This document shows positions 39,536 to 49,729 of a DNA stretch of 64,000 nucleotides, piece after piece. Location of the stretch: contig CAISZI010000053.1 in the NCBI GenBank assembly GCA_903889905.1, positions 74,599-138,598 of the forward strand. Direction: 5' to 3'. The notes beneath the pieces are model-generated. The model was not told the DNA's origin. It did not search any database and saw nothing but the letters and a program-made list of their open reading frames with translations. A program made the translations under genes and the position numbers. This stretch comes from Candidatus Wirthbacteria bacterium (GTDB taxonomy: Bacteria; Patescibacteriota; CG2-30-54-11). Position 1 is the first letter of the stretch; each line of letters starts with the position of its first letter.

Positions 39536-40474
39536 ATGGATAAACGCAATATTATTATCATTGGTTCGGGACCAGCTGGACTGACCGCTGCGATTTATGC
39601 GGCGCGGGCGAGTCTTGCTCCATTGCTGTTTGCCGGTGTGGAGTTTGGTGGACAGCTGATGACGACCACGGAGATTGAGAATTTTCCCGGTTTTCCCGAA
39701 GGCATTCAGGGGCCGGATTTGATGATGAACATGGTCAAACAGGCGGAACGTTTTGGCACTGAAATTCGTTTCGAAAACGTCACCGCGGTGGATTTTGGTG
39801 AAATGCAAAATTTCAAAGTCTATGTTGGTGATACTGAATATACGGCCAAAAGTGTGATCGTGGCGACCGGTGCGCGGCCGCGGTTGCTTGACCTTCCTTC
39901 TGAACACCGGTTGTGGGGCAAAGGGGTGACTTCCTGCGCCACTTGCGATGGCCCGTTTTACCGGGGCAAAGTGGTGGCGGTGATTGGCGGCGGCGACAGC
40001 GCCATGGAAGAAGCGACGTTTTTGACCCGGTTTGCCAGCAAGGTTTATCTGATTCACAGGCGTGATGAATTCCGGGCCAGCAAAATCATGGTGCAAAAAG
40101 TTAAAGCTAACGCCAAGATTGAAATCATTTTGCATGCCGAAGTACTGGAAATCCTGGGTGAACCCAAAGTAAGCGGGGTAAAACTGTTGAACAAACAAAT
40201 CCAGACCGAATCAACCCTCAACCTGGATGGCGTGTTCATGGCGATTGGCCACATCCCGGTGACGAATTATCTGGTGAACAAAGCTGGTCAGCCGCAACTT
40301 GAAATTTTGCCCAGTGGTTACATCCATACCCGCGATCAGATTTATGCCAGTGTCGAGGGTGTATTTGTGGCGGGTGACGTGCAGGATAGCCATTTTCGTC
40401 AGGCGATCACCGCAGCAGGGACTGGCGCCATGACGGCGCTGGAAGCCGAAAAGTGGCTCGTAGAAAACAGTTGA
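39536..40474 (+). CDS. trxB: Thioredoxin reductase
   Basis: GSGPAGLTAAIYAARA FAD motif. CATCDG redox-active disulfide. GGGDSAMEEA NADPH motif. Start at the ATG after RBS ggggaga. Confidence 0.9.
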   Translation: MDKRNIIIIGSGPAGLTAAIYAARASLAPLLFAGVEFGGQLMTTTEIENFPGFPEGIQGPDLMMNMVKQAERFGTEIRFENVTAVDFGEMQNFKVYVGDTEYTAKSVIVATGARPRLLDLPSEHRLWGKGVTSCATCDGPFYRGKVVAVIGGGDSAMEEATFLTRFASKVYLIHRRDEFRASKIMVQKVKANAKIEIILHAEVLEILGEPKVSGVKLLNKQIQTESTLNLDGVFMAIGHIPVTNYLVNKAGQPQLEILPSGYIHTRDQIYASVEGVFVAGDVQDSHFRQAITAAGTGAMTALEAEKWLVENS

Positions 40475-40568
40475 GTAGTCCATGTTGGTTGTACCCCTTT
40501 AAAGCTATTTTGCTGCAAAGGACGTAACTAAAGTAATCGAGTTTTTATAAGTTATTGAGCTGCACGCA

Positions 40569-41000
40569 TTGGAACGGCACGGCATCATTCCTTCGTCATT
40601 TCTTTACCTGCAACAGGACGAGAAAATTTTACTCTTGCGACGTCGCAATACGGGATTTGCCGATGGCCAGTACAGTCTGATTGCCGGGCACGTTGACGCG
40701 GGGGAATCATTTGTGACGGCAATGGTGCGAGAAGCCCGTGAGGAAGCTGGCATCACCGTGGCTGCCGGGGATCTGGAATTGGTGCATGTGATGAATCTAT
40801 TGTCGGGAGGAAGCGAACGACTGCACATGATTTTCAGGCCCAGGCAGTGGGAAGGTGTGCCGACGAATCGTGAACCTGATAAATGCGACCAGATGGGTTG
40901 GTATTCATTGCAGCAAATGCCGGACAATCTCATTCCCTATATCCGATTTTCCATCGAGGCGATCGGACGTGGCCAGATTTATAGTGAGTGGGGTTGGTAA
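40569..41000 (+). CDS. NUDIX hydrolase
   Basis: Nudix box GHVDAGESFVTAMVREAREEAGI. Confidence 0.85.
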   Translation: MERHGIIPSSFLYLQQDEKILLLRRRNTGFADGQYSLIAGHVDAGESFVTAMVREAREEAGITVAAGDLELVHVMNLLSGGSERLHMIFRPRQWEGVPTNREPDKCDQMGWYSLQQMPDNLIPYIRFSIEAIGRGQIYSEWGW

Positions 41001-41071
41001 ATTCAGGCATCCGGGTTTATAATTAGCTCTATTCGTGGTAAACTTTAAAACTAAGAGAAATGACATAGGAG

Positions 41072-41923
41072 TTGAAAATGGCGGAAATACCTGTCTTGCC
41101 CAATGTTGAAAATACGCTAGCTCCACAGGATGCCGTTACGACCGGATCATTGCGCCAGGTAATGCGCAGTTTGCCCAATGATGTCAGTTTTGGCAAGCCC
41201 AGCCGTCGCGGTTCTTTGCTCGGTTCCATTGTCAAAAATGCATTGGTATTGATCGTATTGATACTGCTTACCATCACGGCGCTCTATTGGCAAACGATTG
41301 TCAATGAAATTAATTACCGCCTGATCCAGAAAAACAAACCCGCACCGGCGGTTGAAACATCCACGCCAAACGGCTTGTTTGCCGGTAATCAGACGTCGTA
41401 TCAGGCGCAGGACTCCCACCTCAGCGCTGATCAGCCGATCATTCCGCAGGATAACCGCCTGGTGATCAGTAAAATTGGCGTCAATGCGCCGATCGTGGAC
41501 ATCCCGACCTATAATGACGCCGATGTGCTCAAGTCGATTCAACAGGGCGCCGGTCGCTACGCCGACACGGGCATCCCGGGGCAGCCTGGCAATGTGGTTC
41601 TGACCGGGCATAGTTCGTACTGGTGGTGGGATCCGGGCAAATACAAGTTCATTTTTCAGCATCTCGAAGATCTGCAGGTGGGTGACATCATTACCATTTA
41701 CTACAATCAGGTCAAATACGACTACAAAGTCAGCAACAAACAGGTGGTCAAACCATCCGGGCCACATGTGGACGCGATTTTTGATCAGGCGGCTTATCAG
41801 GACAATCCGATCCTTCGTATCCTTACCTGCACACCGGTTGGTACCGCCTTGAACCGGTTGGTGGTCACCGCCGAACAAATCAGTCCAACGCCCAAGAAAG
41901 CAGCCGCCACTATCACGCATTAA
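41072..41923 (+). CDS. Sortase-family transpeptidase
   Basis: N-terminal TM anchor. VLTGHS and LRILTCTP (TLxTC) active-site motifs. Confidence 0.75.
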   Translation: MKMAEIPVLPNVENTLAPQDAVTTGSLRQVMRSLPNDVSFGKPSRRGSLLGSIVKNALVLIVLILLTITALYWQTIVNEINYRLIQKNKPAPAVETSTPNGLFAGNQTSYQAQDSHLSADQPIIPQDNRLVISKIGVNAPIVDIPTYNDADVLKSIQQGAGRYADTGIPGQPGNVVLTGHSSYWWWDPGKYKFIFQHLEDLQVGDIITIYYNQVKYDYKVSNKQVVKPSGPHVDAIFDQAAYQDNPILRILTCTPVGTALNRLVVTAEQISPTPKKAAATITH

Positions 41924-41964
41924 AGTCCCCCTAAAGCCATTTTTTTCTTTAAGTCAGCACCAAA

Positions 41965-42633
41965 ATGAAAATCAAACCCCATCAATTGCAAAAAAAATAT
42001 CTCGACGATAGCCTGGTTCTAAGTGTAACCGGCATGTCCAATGTTGGTAAAAGCTTCTGGTCCAAACGGCTCAGGGAACTTGGCTTTACGTTTTTCAGCT
42101 GTGACGACTGGATTGAGGCCAACCTGGCCGAGGAACTGGTCAAAATCGGTTATGGTGGGATCGAAGACATGGCCAGATGGCTCGGGCAGCCTTATGACAA
42201 ACAGTACCAGCAAACGCAGCAGGCTTATCTGGAATGGGAAGAACAGTCGTTGTACCATGTCTTTGCGCACATTGCTGAAAATGGCGGGAACTGGGTGATT
42301 GATACGACCGGGAGTATGGTGCATCTGCCAGTCATCAGCCAGGAGAAGCTCAAGGCCAATTCGGTGGTGGTTTGCCTGGATGCGGGCGAGGATATGGTGG
42401 ACCAGATGTACGAAAAGTTTTTGTCTTATCCCAAGCCTGTGGTGTGGGCAGACCTGTTTGAACATGTCAAAGGCGAGAAATACCGCGATTCCCTGCGCCG
42501 CAGCTATCCAAAATTACTCCGCTACCGTTCGCAAAAATACCGGGAGATCGCCGACGTGTTGATCCCGCGTGACCGTATACCCTTTGACAGTTCGGTGGAG
42601 GAGTTTTTTGAATTGCTCAAGGAAAATCTATGA
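41965..42633 (+). CDS. P-loop NTPase/kinase-like hypothetical protein
   Basis: Walker A TGMSNVGKS. Confidence 0.55.
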   Translation: MKIKPHQLQKKYLDDSLVLSVTGMSNVGKSFWSKRLRELGFTFFSCDDWIEANLAEELVKIGYGGIEDMARWLGQPYDKQYQQTQQAYLEWEEQSLYHVFAHIAENGGNWVIDTTGSMVHLPVISQEKLKANSVVVCLDAGEDMVDQMYEKFLSYPKPVVWADLFEHVKGEKYRDSLRRSYPKLLRYRSQKYREIADVLIPRDRIPFDSSVEEFFELLKENL

Positions 42634-43925
42634 AATATTATTCCACCAATCGGCGCTGCCCTGCGGTGGATTTGAAAACCGCTGTTTTGCAAGGATTGGC
42701 GCCCGACGGTGGGCTGTATATGCCTGAACAGTTGTTAGTTTTGCGGCGTGAGTTTTGGACAAACTGGAAAGAAAAATCTTTTGCCGAACTTAGCCTGGAG
42801 GTTCTTACCCCCTGGCTAGGAGACTCCGTCCCTGGTGATGAACTCGGTATCATGGTGGAAGATGCGTTTAACTTTGATGTGCCTTTGTGCCAAATCGAAG
42901 AGCGGGTGAACGTACTGGAATTGTTTGGCGGGCCGACGTGTGCCTTCAAAGATTTCGCGGCGCGGTTGATGGCACGCCTGGTGCGGTATTTTGTGCAGCA
43001 AGAAAATCATCGACTGACAATTCTTGTGGCGACCTCCGGTGATACCGGCAGTGCTGTGGCCAGTGGATTTCTGGGTGTTCCCGATATCGACGTGGTCATC
43101 CTTTATCCGCGTGGCAAGGTCAGCGACATCCAGGAACGTCAGCTGTGTGGTATGGGTGGGAATGTGGCGGCGCTCAGGGTTGAGGGCACGTTCGACGACT
43201 GCCAGGCACTGGTCAAACAAGCCTTTGTAGATCAGGAAATTCAAGCCAAACGGCCGCTCGGTTCCGCCAATTCGATCAATATCGCGCGGTTGTTGCCACA
43301 AATGTGTTACTACTTTTGGGCCATGGCTCGTCTTGGAGGCAAGCAACCGGTGGTGGTATCCGTCCCGAGTGGGAATTTTGGTAATTTAACCGCCGGACTG
43401 ATGGCGCAACGCATGGGATTACCGGTTGATCGTTTTGTGGCTGCGACAAATAACAATGATGCCGTGCCGCGCTTCTTGATGACTGGCGAGTACAAGCCAT
43501 TGCCTTCCAAGGCAACTATTTCCAATGCCATGGACGTAGGCAATCCCAGCAATTTTGTGCGTATGCTGGAATTATTTGATCATGACGCCAAAGCAATGGC
43601 CAAAGTTCTTAGTGGGTATAGCTTTTCGGACGACGCCACACAATCTGCGATCGGTGACGTGTTTGGCCGCAGCGGTTATGTCCTGGACCCGCATGGCGCT
43701 GTGGGGTATCTCGGCCTTAAAACCGAACTCCAGAAGCGGCCTGATACGGTCGGTATTTTCCTGGAAACCGCACATCCCGCCAAATTCGCGGCAGTGGTGG
43801 AACCCTGTATTGGGCAAGCAGTGGAAGCGCCAGCACGTCTGGCGCAATATCTTGAACTGGAACCAAAGTCGACGTCGTTGGCCAATGATTTTCAGGCATT
43901 AAAAACGTTTCTTTTGTCTTCTTAA
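42630..43925 (+). CDS. thrC: Threonine synthase
   Basis: N-terminal APDGGLYMPE and the PLP-lysine region FKDFAAR. Confidence 0.85.
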   Translation: MKYYSTNRRCPAVDLKTAVLQGLAPDGGLYMPEQLLVLRREFWTNWKEKSFAELSLEVLTPWLGDSVPGDELGIMVEDAFNFDVPLCQIEERVNVLELFGGPTCAFKDFAARLMARLVRYFVQQENHRLTILVATSGDTGSAVASGFLGVPDIDVVILYPRGKVSDIQERQLCGMGGNVAALRVEGTFDDCQALVKQAFVDQEIQAKRPLGSANSINIARLLPQMCYYFWAMARLGGKQPVVVSVPSGNFGNLTAGLMAQRMGLPVDRFVAATNNNDAVPRFLMTGEYKPLPSKATISNAMDVGNPSNFVRMLELFDHDAKAMAKVLSGYSFSDDATQSAIGDVFGRSGYVLDPHGAVGYLGLKTELQKRPDTVGIFLETAHPAKFAAVVEPCIGQAVEAPARLAQYLELEPKSTSLANDFQALKTFLLSS

Positions 43926-43936
43926 AGTGAAACCAA

Positions 43937-44806
43937 ATGATCATCCCTACCAAACAGCTCAAATCCGGTTTTGCCATGCCTGTCTATGGTCTCGGGACTT
44001 GGCGTATGGGTGGAGACATGACCCGCAATCCGGCCAATGATGACGCGGCAGATGTGAAAGCAATCAAAATGGCAATTGAGCACGGTGTGACCCATATCGA
44101 TACTGCCGAACGCTATGCCGAAGGCCACGCCGAGGAGCTGGTGGGTGAAGCGATTCGTGGTCAAGAGCGCCAAAATCTATTTTTGGTATCCAAGGTCGGT
44201 AGCACCCATTTGGCTTACGACGACCTTTTGCAGTCTTGTCAGGCGAGCTTGAAGAGGCTTGGTACGGATTACCTGGATCTTTATCTGATTCATTCCGCCA
44301 ATGAAGACATTCCACTAACCGAGACGATGCGCGCCATGGACAAGCTGGTCGAAGATGGGCTGATTCGCCATATCGGGGTGAGCAACTTTACGGCTGAACG
44401 CATGATCCGGGCGCAGGAAGTGTGCCGGCACAAAATTGTCGCCACCCAGGTGCATTACAACTTGATGGTGCGAGAGGTAGAACGTAAACATCTGCTTGAG
44501 TACTGCCAGAGCAACGACATCATGTTGATTGCCTGGCGACCGGTCCAAAAAGGGATGCTGTCCGAAACCAAGGATATGTTTCTGCTGGACATCTGCCGTC
44601 GTTATGCCAAAACGCCAGCACAAGTTGCCATTAACTGGCTGATTTCCCAACCCAATGTCGTGACCCTGGCCAAGACAGGATCCGCGCAGCATCTGAACGA
44701 AAACCTTGGTTGCCTGGGTTGGCAATTATCGACTGATGATATTGAACGACTGCGGTGGGATTATGTTCCACAGCTGGATGAGTCTGATGCGGTGACATTG
44801 AAGTAA
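43937..44806 (+). CDS. Aldo/keto reductase
   Basis: AKR signature (LGTWRMGG...DTAERYA...LDLYLIHS). Confidence 0.85.
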   Translation: MIIPTKQLKSGFAMPVYGLGTWRMGGDMTRNPANDDAADVKAIKMAIEHGVTHIDTAERYAEGHAEELVGEAIRGQERQNLFLVSKVGSTHLAYDDLLQSCQASLKRLGTDYLDLYLIHSANEDIPLTETMRAMDKLVEDGLIRHIGVSNFTAERMIRAQEVCRHKIVATQVHYNLMVREVERKHLLEYCQSNDIMLIAWRPVQKGMLSETKDMFLLDICRRYAKTPAQVAINWLISQPNVVTLAKTGSAQHLNENLGCLGWQLSTDDIERLRWDYVPQLDESDAVTLK

Positions 44807-44861
44807 AAAAAACACCTCGGAGGGGAGGTGTTCTGGGAAATTGATTTGAGAGAGTTATAGG

Positions 44862-45512
44862 TTAGTTAACAGCAATTGGCTCACTTAAAAAGACACTGAA
44901 TGAGTTGGGTGTCTGATTTTTGTTGACGCCGGTATAGTAATAAATGATGAGAAATTGTTTTTTGTGGTTGATCTCACGAACAAAACTAGACAGATCACCT
45001 TCGGCTCCGCCTGCCGACATATTTTGATTCCAACCATGCAGTACCAACATTCCAGAGGATGCGTCTGTTAAAATATTTTCAAGGTTGATTGCAAATTTAA
45101 CGTCATCGGCTATGAGTGCATTATCAGATTGAATGCGGTAGGTTTTGATCGAATATCCGGATAAATTGACATTCTTTGTCAGGCCATTTGGCAAATTATA
45201 TTGCCAGGCTTCAATGCTGTTCCTGGTTTTAGGTGTCCACTTGATCGGAGCAGTCCAGGATTCAATCAGAGCCAGTGGATCGGAGGCCAAAATGGGATCA
45301 TTAATCGGTCCGCTGATCGGGTGAAGGACGGGCTGGAGATTGGCCGTTACCTGGGGTGATTCCAAGGCAATGGCACTTTCGGTGTTGTTGATGATGACAA
45401 TGACCAAAAAAAGGCCGACGCATGCGATAAATAAGTCGACTGCGAGCAGCATCCAGAAATTGACTTTCGTTTTGGGTTTGGAGGGGGCTGGAGAGGGGAT
45501 GGGAGATGCCAT
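44862..45512 (-). CDS. Hypothetical membrane-anchored extracytoplasmic protein
   Basis: N-terminal TM helix. No motifs. Confidence 0.5.
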   Translation of the reverse strand: MASPIPSPAPSKPKTKVNFWMLLAVDLFIACVGLFLVIVIINNTESAIALESPQVTANLQPVLHPISGPINDPILASDPLALIESWTAPIKWTPKTRNSIEAWQYNLPNGLTKNVNLSGYSIKTYRIQSDNALIADDVKFAINLENILTDASSGMLVLHGWNQNMSAGGAEGDLSSFVREINHKKQFLIIYYYTGVNKNQTPNSFSVFLSEPIAVN

Positions 45513-45592
45513 GGGGATTCCTTGGGGATTCCTTGGGGGTCAAAATAAGGATTGCGTTAGTTGTTTTCGACAATTTGGATTATTACCTGCTC

Positions 45593-45762
45593 CGTCCTGA
45601 GGACAGGACTGCAGGGTTAAGTAGGACTAAGCTCACAAGCTTTGTTGAGTCATTTGTCCCATTCCGTCCTGAGGACAGGACGACAGGGTTAAGTAGGACT
45701 AAGCTCACAAGCTTTGTTGAGTCATTTGTCCCATTCCGTCCTGAGGACAGGACTACAGGGAC
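45593..45762. repeat. 72-bp tandem repeat, about 2.4 copies, with 'ggacaggac' core. Directly abuts tRNA-Pro
   Basis: Unit starts at 45593, 45665 and 45737. Differences between units are limited to a few bases. Confidence 0.8.
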
Positions 45763-45801
45763 AAATTCCGACTAGGCTCGAAGACTTGCCAAGTCGTCAT
45801 T

Positions 45802-45877
45802 TGGTCGGGGCGACAGGATTCGAACCTGCGGCCTCATGGTCCCAAACCACGCGCGCTACCAACTGCGCTACGCCCCG
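45802..45877 (-). tRNA. tRNA-Pro(TGG)
   Basis: Manual fold gives acceptor CGGGGCG/CGCCCCG, anticodon loop TTTGGGA, T-loop TTCGAAT, and discriminator A followed by CCA. Confidence 0.8.
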
Positions 45878-45987
45878 TTAACGATCGTGTGAGCATTGAG
45901 CTTGGAGTAAAAGGAAAGCGGCAATCTCACGGGAAGTGATAATACAGGGTTTTAAAGTGTTTGAGTAGTAGTTATTTGGATTGTGGT

Positions 45988-46016
45988 TTGACACCGCAGG
46001 GGTCTTTCCCTATAAT
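45988..46016 (+). promoter_or_regulatory. Consensus sigma70-type promoter for rpmH
   Basis: TTGACA, then a 17-nt spacer, then TATAAT. Lies 39 nt upstream of the rpmH ATG. Confidence 0.7.
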
Positions 46017-46054
46017 CTCGGTGTTATTTGCCGATTTATATTAGGGAATGCGAT

Positions 46055-46201
46055 ATGAAGCGCACCTACCAGCCCAACAACCGTAAACACTACAAAACAC
46101 ATGGTTTTAGAGCGCGCATGAAAACTCTTGCCGGTCGCATGGTGATCAAGCGCCGCAACATCCGCGGCCGCAAACGCGTCACGGTTTCTGACGACAAATA
46201 G
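46055..46201 (+). CDS. rpmH: 50S ribosomal protein L34
   Basis: [22 protein letters not shown]... canonical L34. Below the ORF-track size cut-off, so found by manual translation. Confidence 0.9.
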   Translation: MKRTYQPNNRKHYKTHGFRARMKTLAGRMVIKRRNIRGRKRVTVSDDK

Positions 46202-46212
46202 GCAGTTAAGAA

Positions 46213-46554
46213 ATGTTGCCTTCCGCTTACCGTCTGCATCGGGAGCAGGATATCAATCGACTTTACAAGCGAGCATTGGTCAAAGGGGATGGCGAACTGG
46301 TTATGTACAGCGCCCCCAACCGATTGCGCCAAAGCCGTTTTGTCATTGTCACACCCAAAAAAGTGGGCAAGGCACATGACCGTAACCGCCTCAAGCGTAT
46401 GCTCAAAGCCAGCATTTTGCTGCAGCTGAGGCAAATCGTCAATGGATATGATATAGTGGTGCACGTTAAACCGCAAAGGCTCGACAAGCACCGCCAGGAA
46501 ATGGACGTGCAACTTCGTCAATTATTACAACGCAGTAACCTTTGGACATCTTGA
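46213..46554 (+). CDS. rnpA: RNase P protein component
   Basis: Basic 113-aa protein immediately after rpmH. Sequence is typical RnpA. Confidence 0.85.
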   Translation: MLPSAYRLHREQDINRLYKRALVKGDGELVMYSAPNRLRQSRFVIVTPKKVGKAHDRNRLKRMLKASILLQLRQIVNGYDIVVHVKPQRLDKHRQEMDVQLRQLLQRSNLWTS

Positions 46555-46805
46555 AACAAATCTTACAAAGTGTTTTGAGTATTCCCAAATGGATTCTGCT
46601 GGGAGTGATCAAGCTGTATCGCAGTATTCCATTTCGGGGAGCCTTGTCGCAGTGCAAATACACGCCCACCTGTTCGGAATACACCTATGATGCCATTGCA
46701 CGCTTTGGGGCGATCAGGGGCGGATACATGGGGGCCAAACGTATCTTGCGATGCAATCCCATGAGCCGTGGCGGGTACGATCCAGTGCCGGAATCAAAAA
46801 AGTAG
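46542..46805 (+). CDS. yidD: Membrane protein insertion efficiency factor YidD
   Basis: [17 protein letters not shown]...RILRCNP signature. Confidence 0.9.
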   Translation: MDILKQILQSVLSIPKWILLGVIKLYRSIPFRGALSQCKYTPTCSEYTYDAIARFGAIRGGYMGAKRILRCNPMSRGGYDPVPESKK

Positions 46806-46830
46806 CTTATTCATTGACGAGACTATCATC

Positions 46831-47589
46831 ATGGCAACTATCGGCAACCTGTTTCATACGATTTTTTACCAGCCAATTCTCAACATCATGGTGCTGTGTT
46901 ATCACCTGATCCCGCTCAAGAACTTTGGCTTTGCGATCATTGCCATTACGGTGCTGTCGCGCTTCATCCTCTGGCCGCTGACCAAAAAAGGCATTGATTC
47001 GCAGAAGAAAATGACGGCAATCCAGCCCAAACTCAGTGAGCTGCAAAAAAAATACGCCAAAGACAAAGATCGGCTCTACCAGGAAACGATGGCACTTTAC
47101 AAGGAAGCCAAGATCAACCCGGCGTCAGGCTGTTTGCCATTGTTACTGCAATTTCCCTTCTACATTGCCATCTATCAGGCTCTGGGCACTGGGCTCAAAG
47201 CTGACAATCTGGCCAAATTGAACGCCGATTTGTACACGTTTATTCCCAAGCTGACCGAAATCAAAACCATGTTCCTGTGGTTTGACATGACCAAGCATGA
47301 CCCGATCATGTTGCTGCCTGTCCTGGTGGCTGCGACGCAGTTTTTGCAAGCCAAACTAACCATGGGCAAAGCCTCGGGGCCAGCTGCGGATGCCGCCAAA
47401 CAAAGCATGCTGATCATGCCGGTGGTGTTTTTGATCATTGGTTTGCAACTTCCATCGGGGCTCAATTTTTATATTTTTCTGTCCAATTTGCTGGCGATTT
47501 TTCAACAGGTTGGCCCCAAAGACTTCTTCCGTTTTGCATGGCTGACTTCGGTCTTTAAAAAGGAAGCCAAAAATGGCAATAAAGCTTAG
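46831..47589 (+). CDS. yidC: Membrane protein insertase YidC (short form)
   Basis: Multi-TM protein with YidC C-terminal core motifs (PLLLQFPFYIAIYQAL). Start uncertain; the track ORF began at 46768. Confidence 0.8.
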   Translation: MATIGNLFHTIFYQPILNIMVLCYHLIPLKNFGFAIIAITVLSRFILWPLTKKGIDSQKKMTAIQPKLSELQKKYAKDKDRLYQETMALYKEAKINPASGCLPLLLQFPFYIAIYQALGTGLKADNLAKLNADLYTFIPKLTEIKTMFLWFDMTKHDPIMLLPVLVAATQFLQAKLTMGKASGPAADAAKQSMLIMPVVFLIIGLQLPSGLNFYIFLSNLLAIFQQVGPKDFFRFAWLTSVFKKEAKNGNKA

Positions 47590-48034
47590 TTATGTCAACG
47601 TCTGCAAAGAGATCGTTGCTGACCTGCTGACCAAACTTGGGATTGAGGCCGAAACCAGCATCCGGGCCAATGACGAGATGATTTTCGTGGAAATTGAAGG
47701 CGGCAACAGCAAGGATTTGATCGGCTACCGGGGGGATACCCTGGCTTCGCTGCAAACGATTTTGAGTATGCTGCTGAGCAAACAAGTCAGTGAACGGATT
47801 TATGTGGCTGTCGACGTCAACGGCTATCGTGATCACCGTGAACAGGCGCTTACGGCCATGGCCAAACGTGCCGCCGAGGAAGTTATGCTGAGCCTTAAAC
47901 CGATTACTTTAGACAGCATGTTGCCCTACGAACGCCGCATTGTGCATCTGGTTTTGCAGGGCTTCCCCGAAGTCATGAGCGAGTCCGAAGGCGAAGAACC
48001 TGATCGCAAGATCGTGATCAAACCAACCGTTTAA
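47573..48034 (+). CDS. jag: Jag/KhpB RNA-binding protein (KH plus R3H)
   Basis: Conserved position after yidC. R3H-like C-terminal region. Confidence 0.75.
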   Translation: MAIKLSYVNVCKEIVADLLTKLGIEAETSIRANDEMIFVEIEGGNSKDLIGYRGDTLASLQTILSMLLSKQVSERIYVAVDVNGYRDHREQALTAMAKRAAEEVMLSLKPITLDSMLPYERRIVHLVLQGFPEVMSESEGEEPDRKIVIKPTV

Positions 48035-48051
48035 ATTGTCAGGAGTCAGCC

Positions 48052-48240
48052 ATGTCTCAACTCAACGATGCGATTGCTGATTACTGCATTAATCATCGGG
48101 TTGAAGGAACAAAAGTTGTTGGGGAATTAGAAAAGGGCGGACAAAAGAAAACTCTCGGTACTTTTGCGTCGAAGAAGGAAGCTGAAGCCGCCTTGAGCGA
48201 GTATTGGGCTGAGAAAAATGATTTTGAAAGTAGATATTAA
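48052..48240 (+). CDS. Small hypothetical protein (62 aa)
   Basis: ORF only. Confidence 0.35.
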   Translation: MSQLNDAIADYCINHRVEGTKVVGELEKGGQKKTLGTFASKKEAEAALSEYWAEKNDFESRY

Positions 48241-48376
48241 CCAAATTCGTAAAATTGTTGGTGTGCAGAGTAAAAGTTACCGTTGATTTGATAAAGCAAA
48301 GGGGATCGGACAGGGGTTCAGTCCTTTTTTTTGTTGGGTGGACAGAAATTTGGGTTCGTTGGTATAATGACTGCCT

Positions 48377-49111
48377 TTGACAATTAATCACTGGCTTAAA
48401 AGAATGAAAAGAATCTTGGTTACGGGAAATCGTGGAGATGACAGTTACAATGCTTTTGGATTGGTAAAAATGCAAATCTTGAGTGCAATGGGCATAATAG
48501 TGCCAAGAGACGCTAAATTTGCATTGGATTTCAGCACAATCTCAAAAAAAATTGAATTTATTGAAGCCGACAATCCCGAGGCGGCTATTGAGCTTTGGCA
48601 AAAATATAGATACTTCGATCAAGTTGTCGTCGTGAATGGGTTTGAACAAGTTGGTAAATTGCAGGCCATGTTTGAGGAGCTTGCTGCCGCTGACAAAACA
48701 GTAATCTGGGGAGAAATCTTGTTTCTTGGTGATGATGAGGACACACTGCAAGAAATGAAATTTATTGCTGACAATATAGCCGATAGCTCGATTATCCCAA
48801 ACGGTGGTATCGAGTGGATGAGAGAAATTGTGCCTTGGGTAAATGGGGACTTTGACCAAAGCAAACCGTCACTTGATATGACTTATTCCAAGCTAATAAA
48901 TCCTGGATCTTTGCATGTCGTAGAAATTAATGTTCAAGGGAAACCGCCATTTGTTGTGATGGGTAAGAATTTAAAGACACAGAAGGAAGTAGAGTTAGGT
49001 CGATTTGTCAGCCAGTTTGCTGCTGAGTGGGCAATTGAGCGAAAAGATGTCAGGCAAAGCATTGAGGAAGATTCATTGGAATATTGGCATGACTATGGTT
49101 TCGACCTGTAG
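48377..49111 (+). CDS. Hypothetical protein (244 aa)
   Basis: ORF. No motifs recognised. Confidence 0.5.
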   Translation: MTINHWLKRMKRILVTGNRGDDSYNAFGLVKMQILSAMGIIVPRDAKFALDFSTISKKIEFIEADNPEAAIELWQKYRYFDQVVVVNGFEQVGKLQAMFEELAAADKTVIWGEILFLGDDEDTLQEMKFIADNIADSSIIPNGGIEWMREIVPWVNGDFDQSKPSLDMTYSKLINPGSLHVVEINVQGKPPFVVMGKNLKTQKEVELGRFVSQFAAEWAIERKDVRQSIEEDSLEYWHDYGFDL

Positions 49112-49207
49112 AAATTATTGACTTTTAATTTCATCCGCCATACACTGAATTGGCTAATCCCGACTTAAACAATCGGAATTAGCCAGTTTTGTTATTAGGA
49201 GCGTCGC

Positions 49208-49600
49208 ATGAAGGTGTCATCGGCTGAAGAATACGCCATTCGGGCCATGAGTTTTTTGGCACGGGAATATGGCAACAACAAAGCTTTTTCGCTCAACCAG
49301 ATCAGTGAGCAGGAAAAGCTGCCATTGCCATTTTTGGAACAGATTTTTCGGCAGCTCAAGCTCAAAAAATTGGTCCTCGCACGACGCGGTGTGAGTGGCG
49401 GGTATGTGCTGGCGCGGGATCCGGCGGAAGTGTCATCGCTTGAGGTGATTGAGGCGGTGAGCGGGCCGGTGATGCTGCACCAGTGCAAGGATATGAAATT
49501 TTGTAAACCCGATGGGTGCGATGTCTCGCCACTGTGGCTGCGGCTCACGGCGTCGGTGCGGGAGGTGATGCGGGAGACGAAACTGAGGGATATTGCGTGA
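49208..49600 (+). CDS. Rrf2-family transcriptional regulator (IscR/SufR-like), lacks the Cys cluster ligands
   Basis: N-terminal wHTH domain typical of Rrf2. Immediately upstream of the suf operon. Confidence 0.8.
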   Translation: MKVSSAEEYAIRAMSFLAREYGNNKAFSLNQISEQEKLPLPFLEQIFRQLKLKKLVLARRGVSGGYVLARDPAEVSSLEVIEAVSGPVMLHQCKDMKFCKPDGCDVSPLWLRLTASVREVMRETKLRDIA

Positions 49601-49729
49601 GGGGAGAACTCCCTCCAACCTCCTCCTTTGGTAAAGGGGGAGGCGAGAAGTGATGTTTCATACCCTCTTGTAAAGGGGGCGCAGGGGGATTCGGGTGCGA
49701 ACTAATGAGAATATATCTGGATTGGTAAT

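Noticed and set aside
45593-45762. Possible CRISPR array
   Set aside because: The units are contiguous tandem copies with no unique spacers and no cas genes, so this is not a CRISPR.
45506-45775. 89-aa ORF spanning the 72-bp tandem repeats
   Set aside because: The reading frame is simply maintained by the 72-bp (3n) period. No RBS. It overlaps the tRNA-Pro flank. Treated as non-coding repeat DNA.
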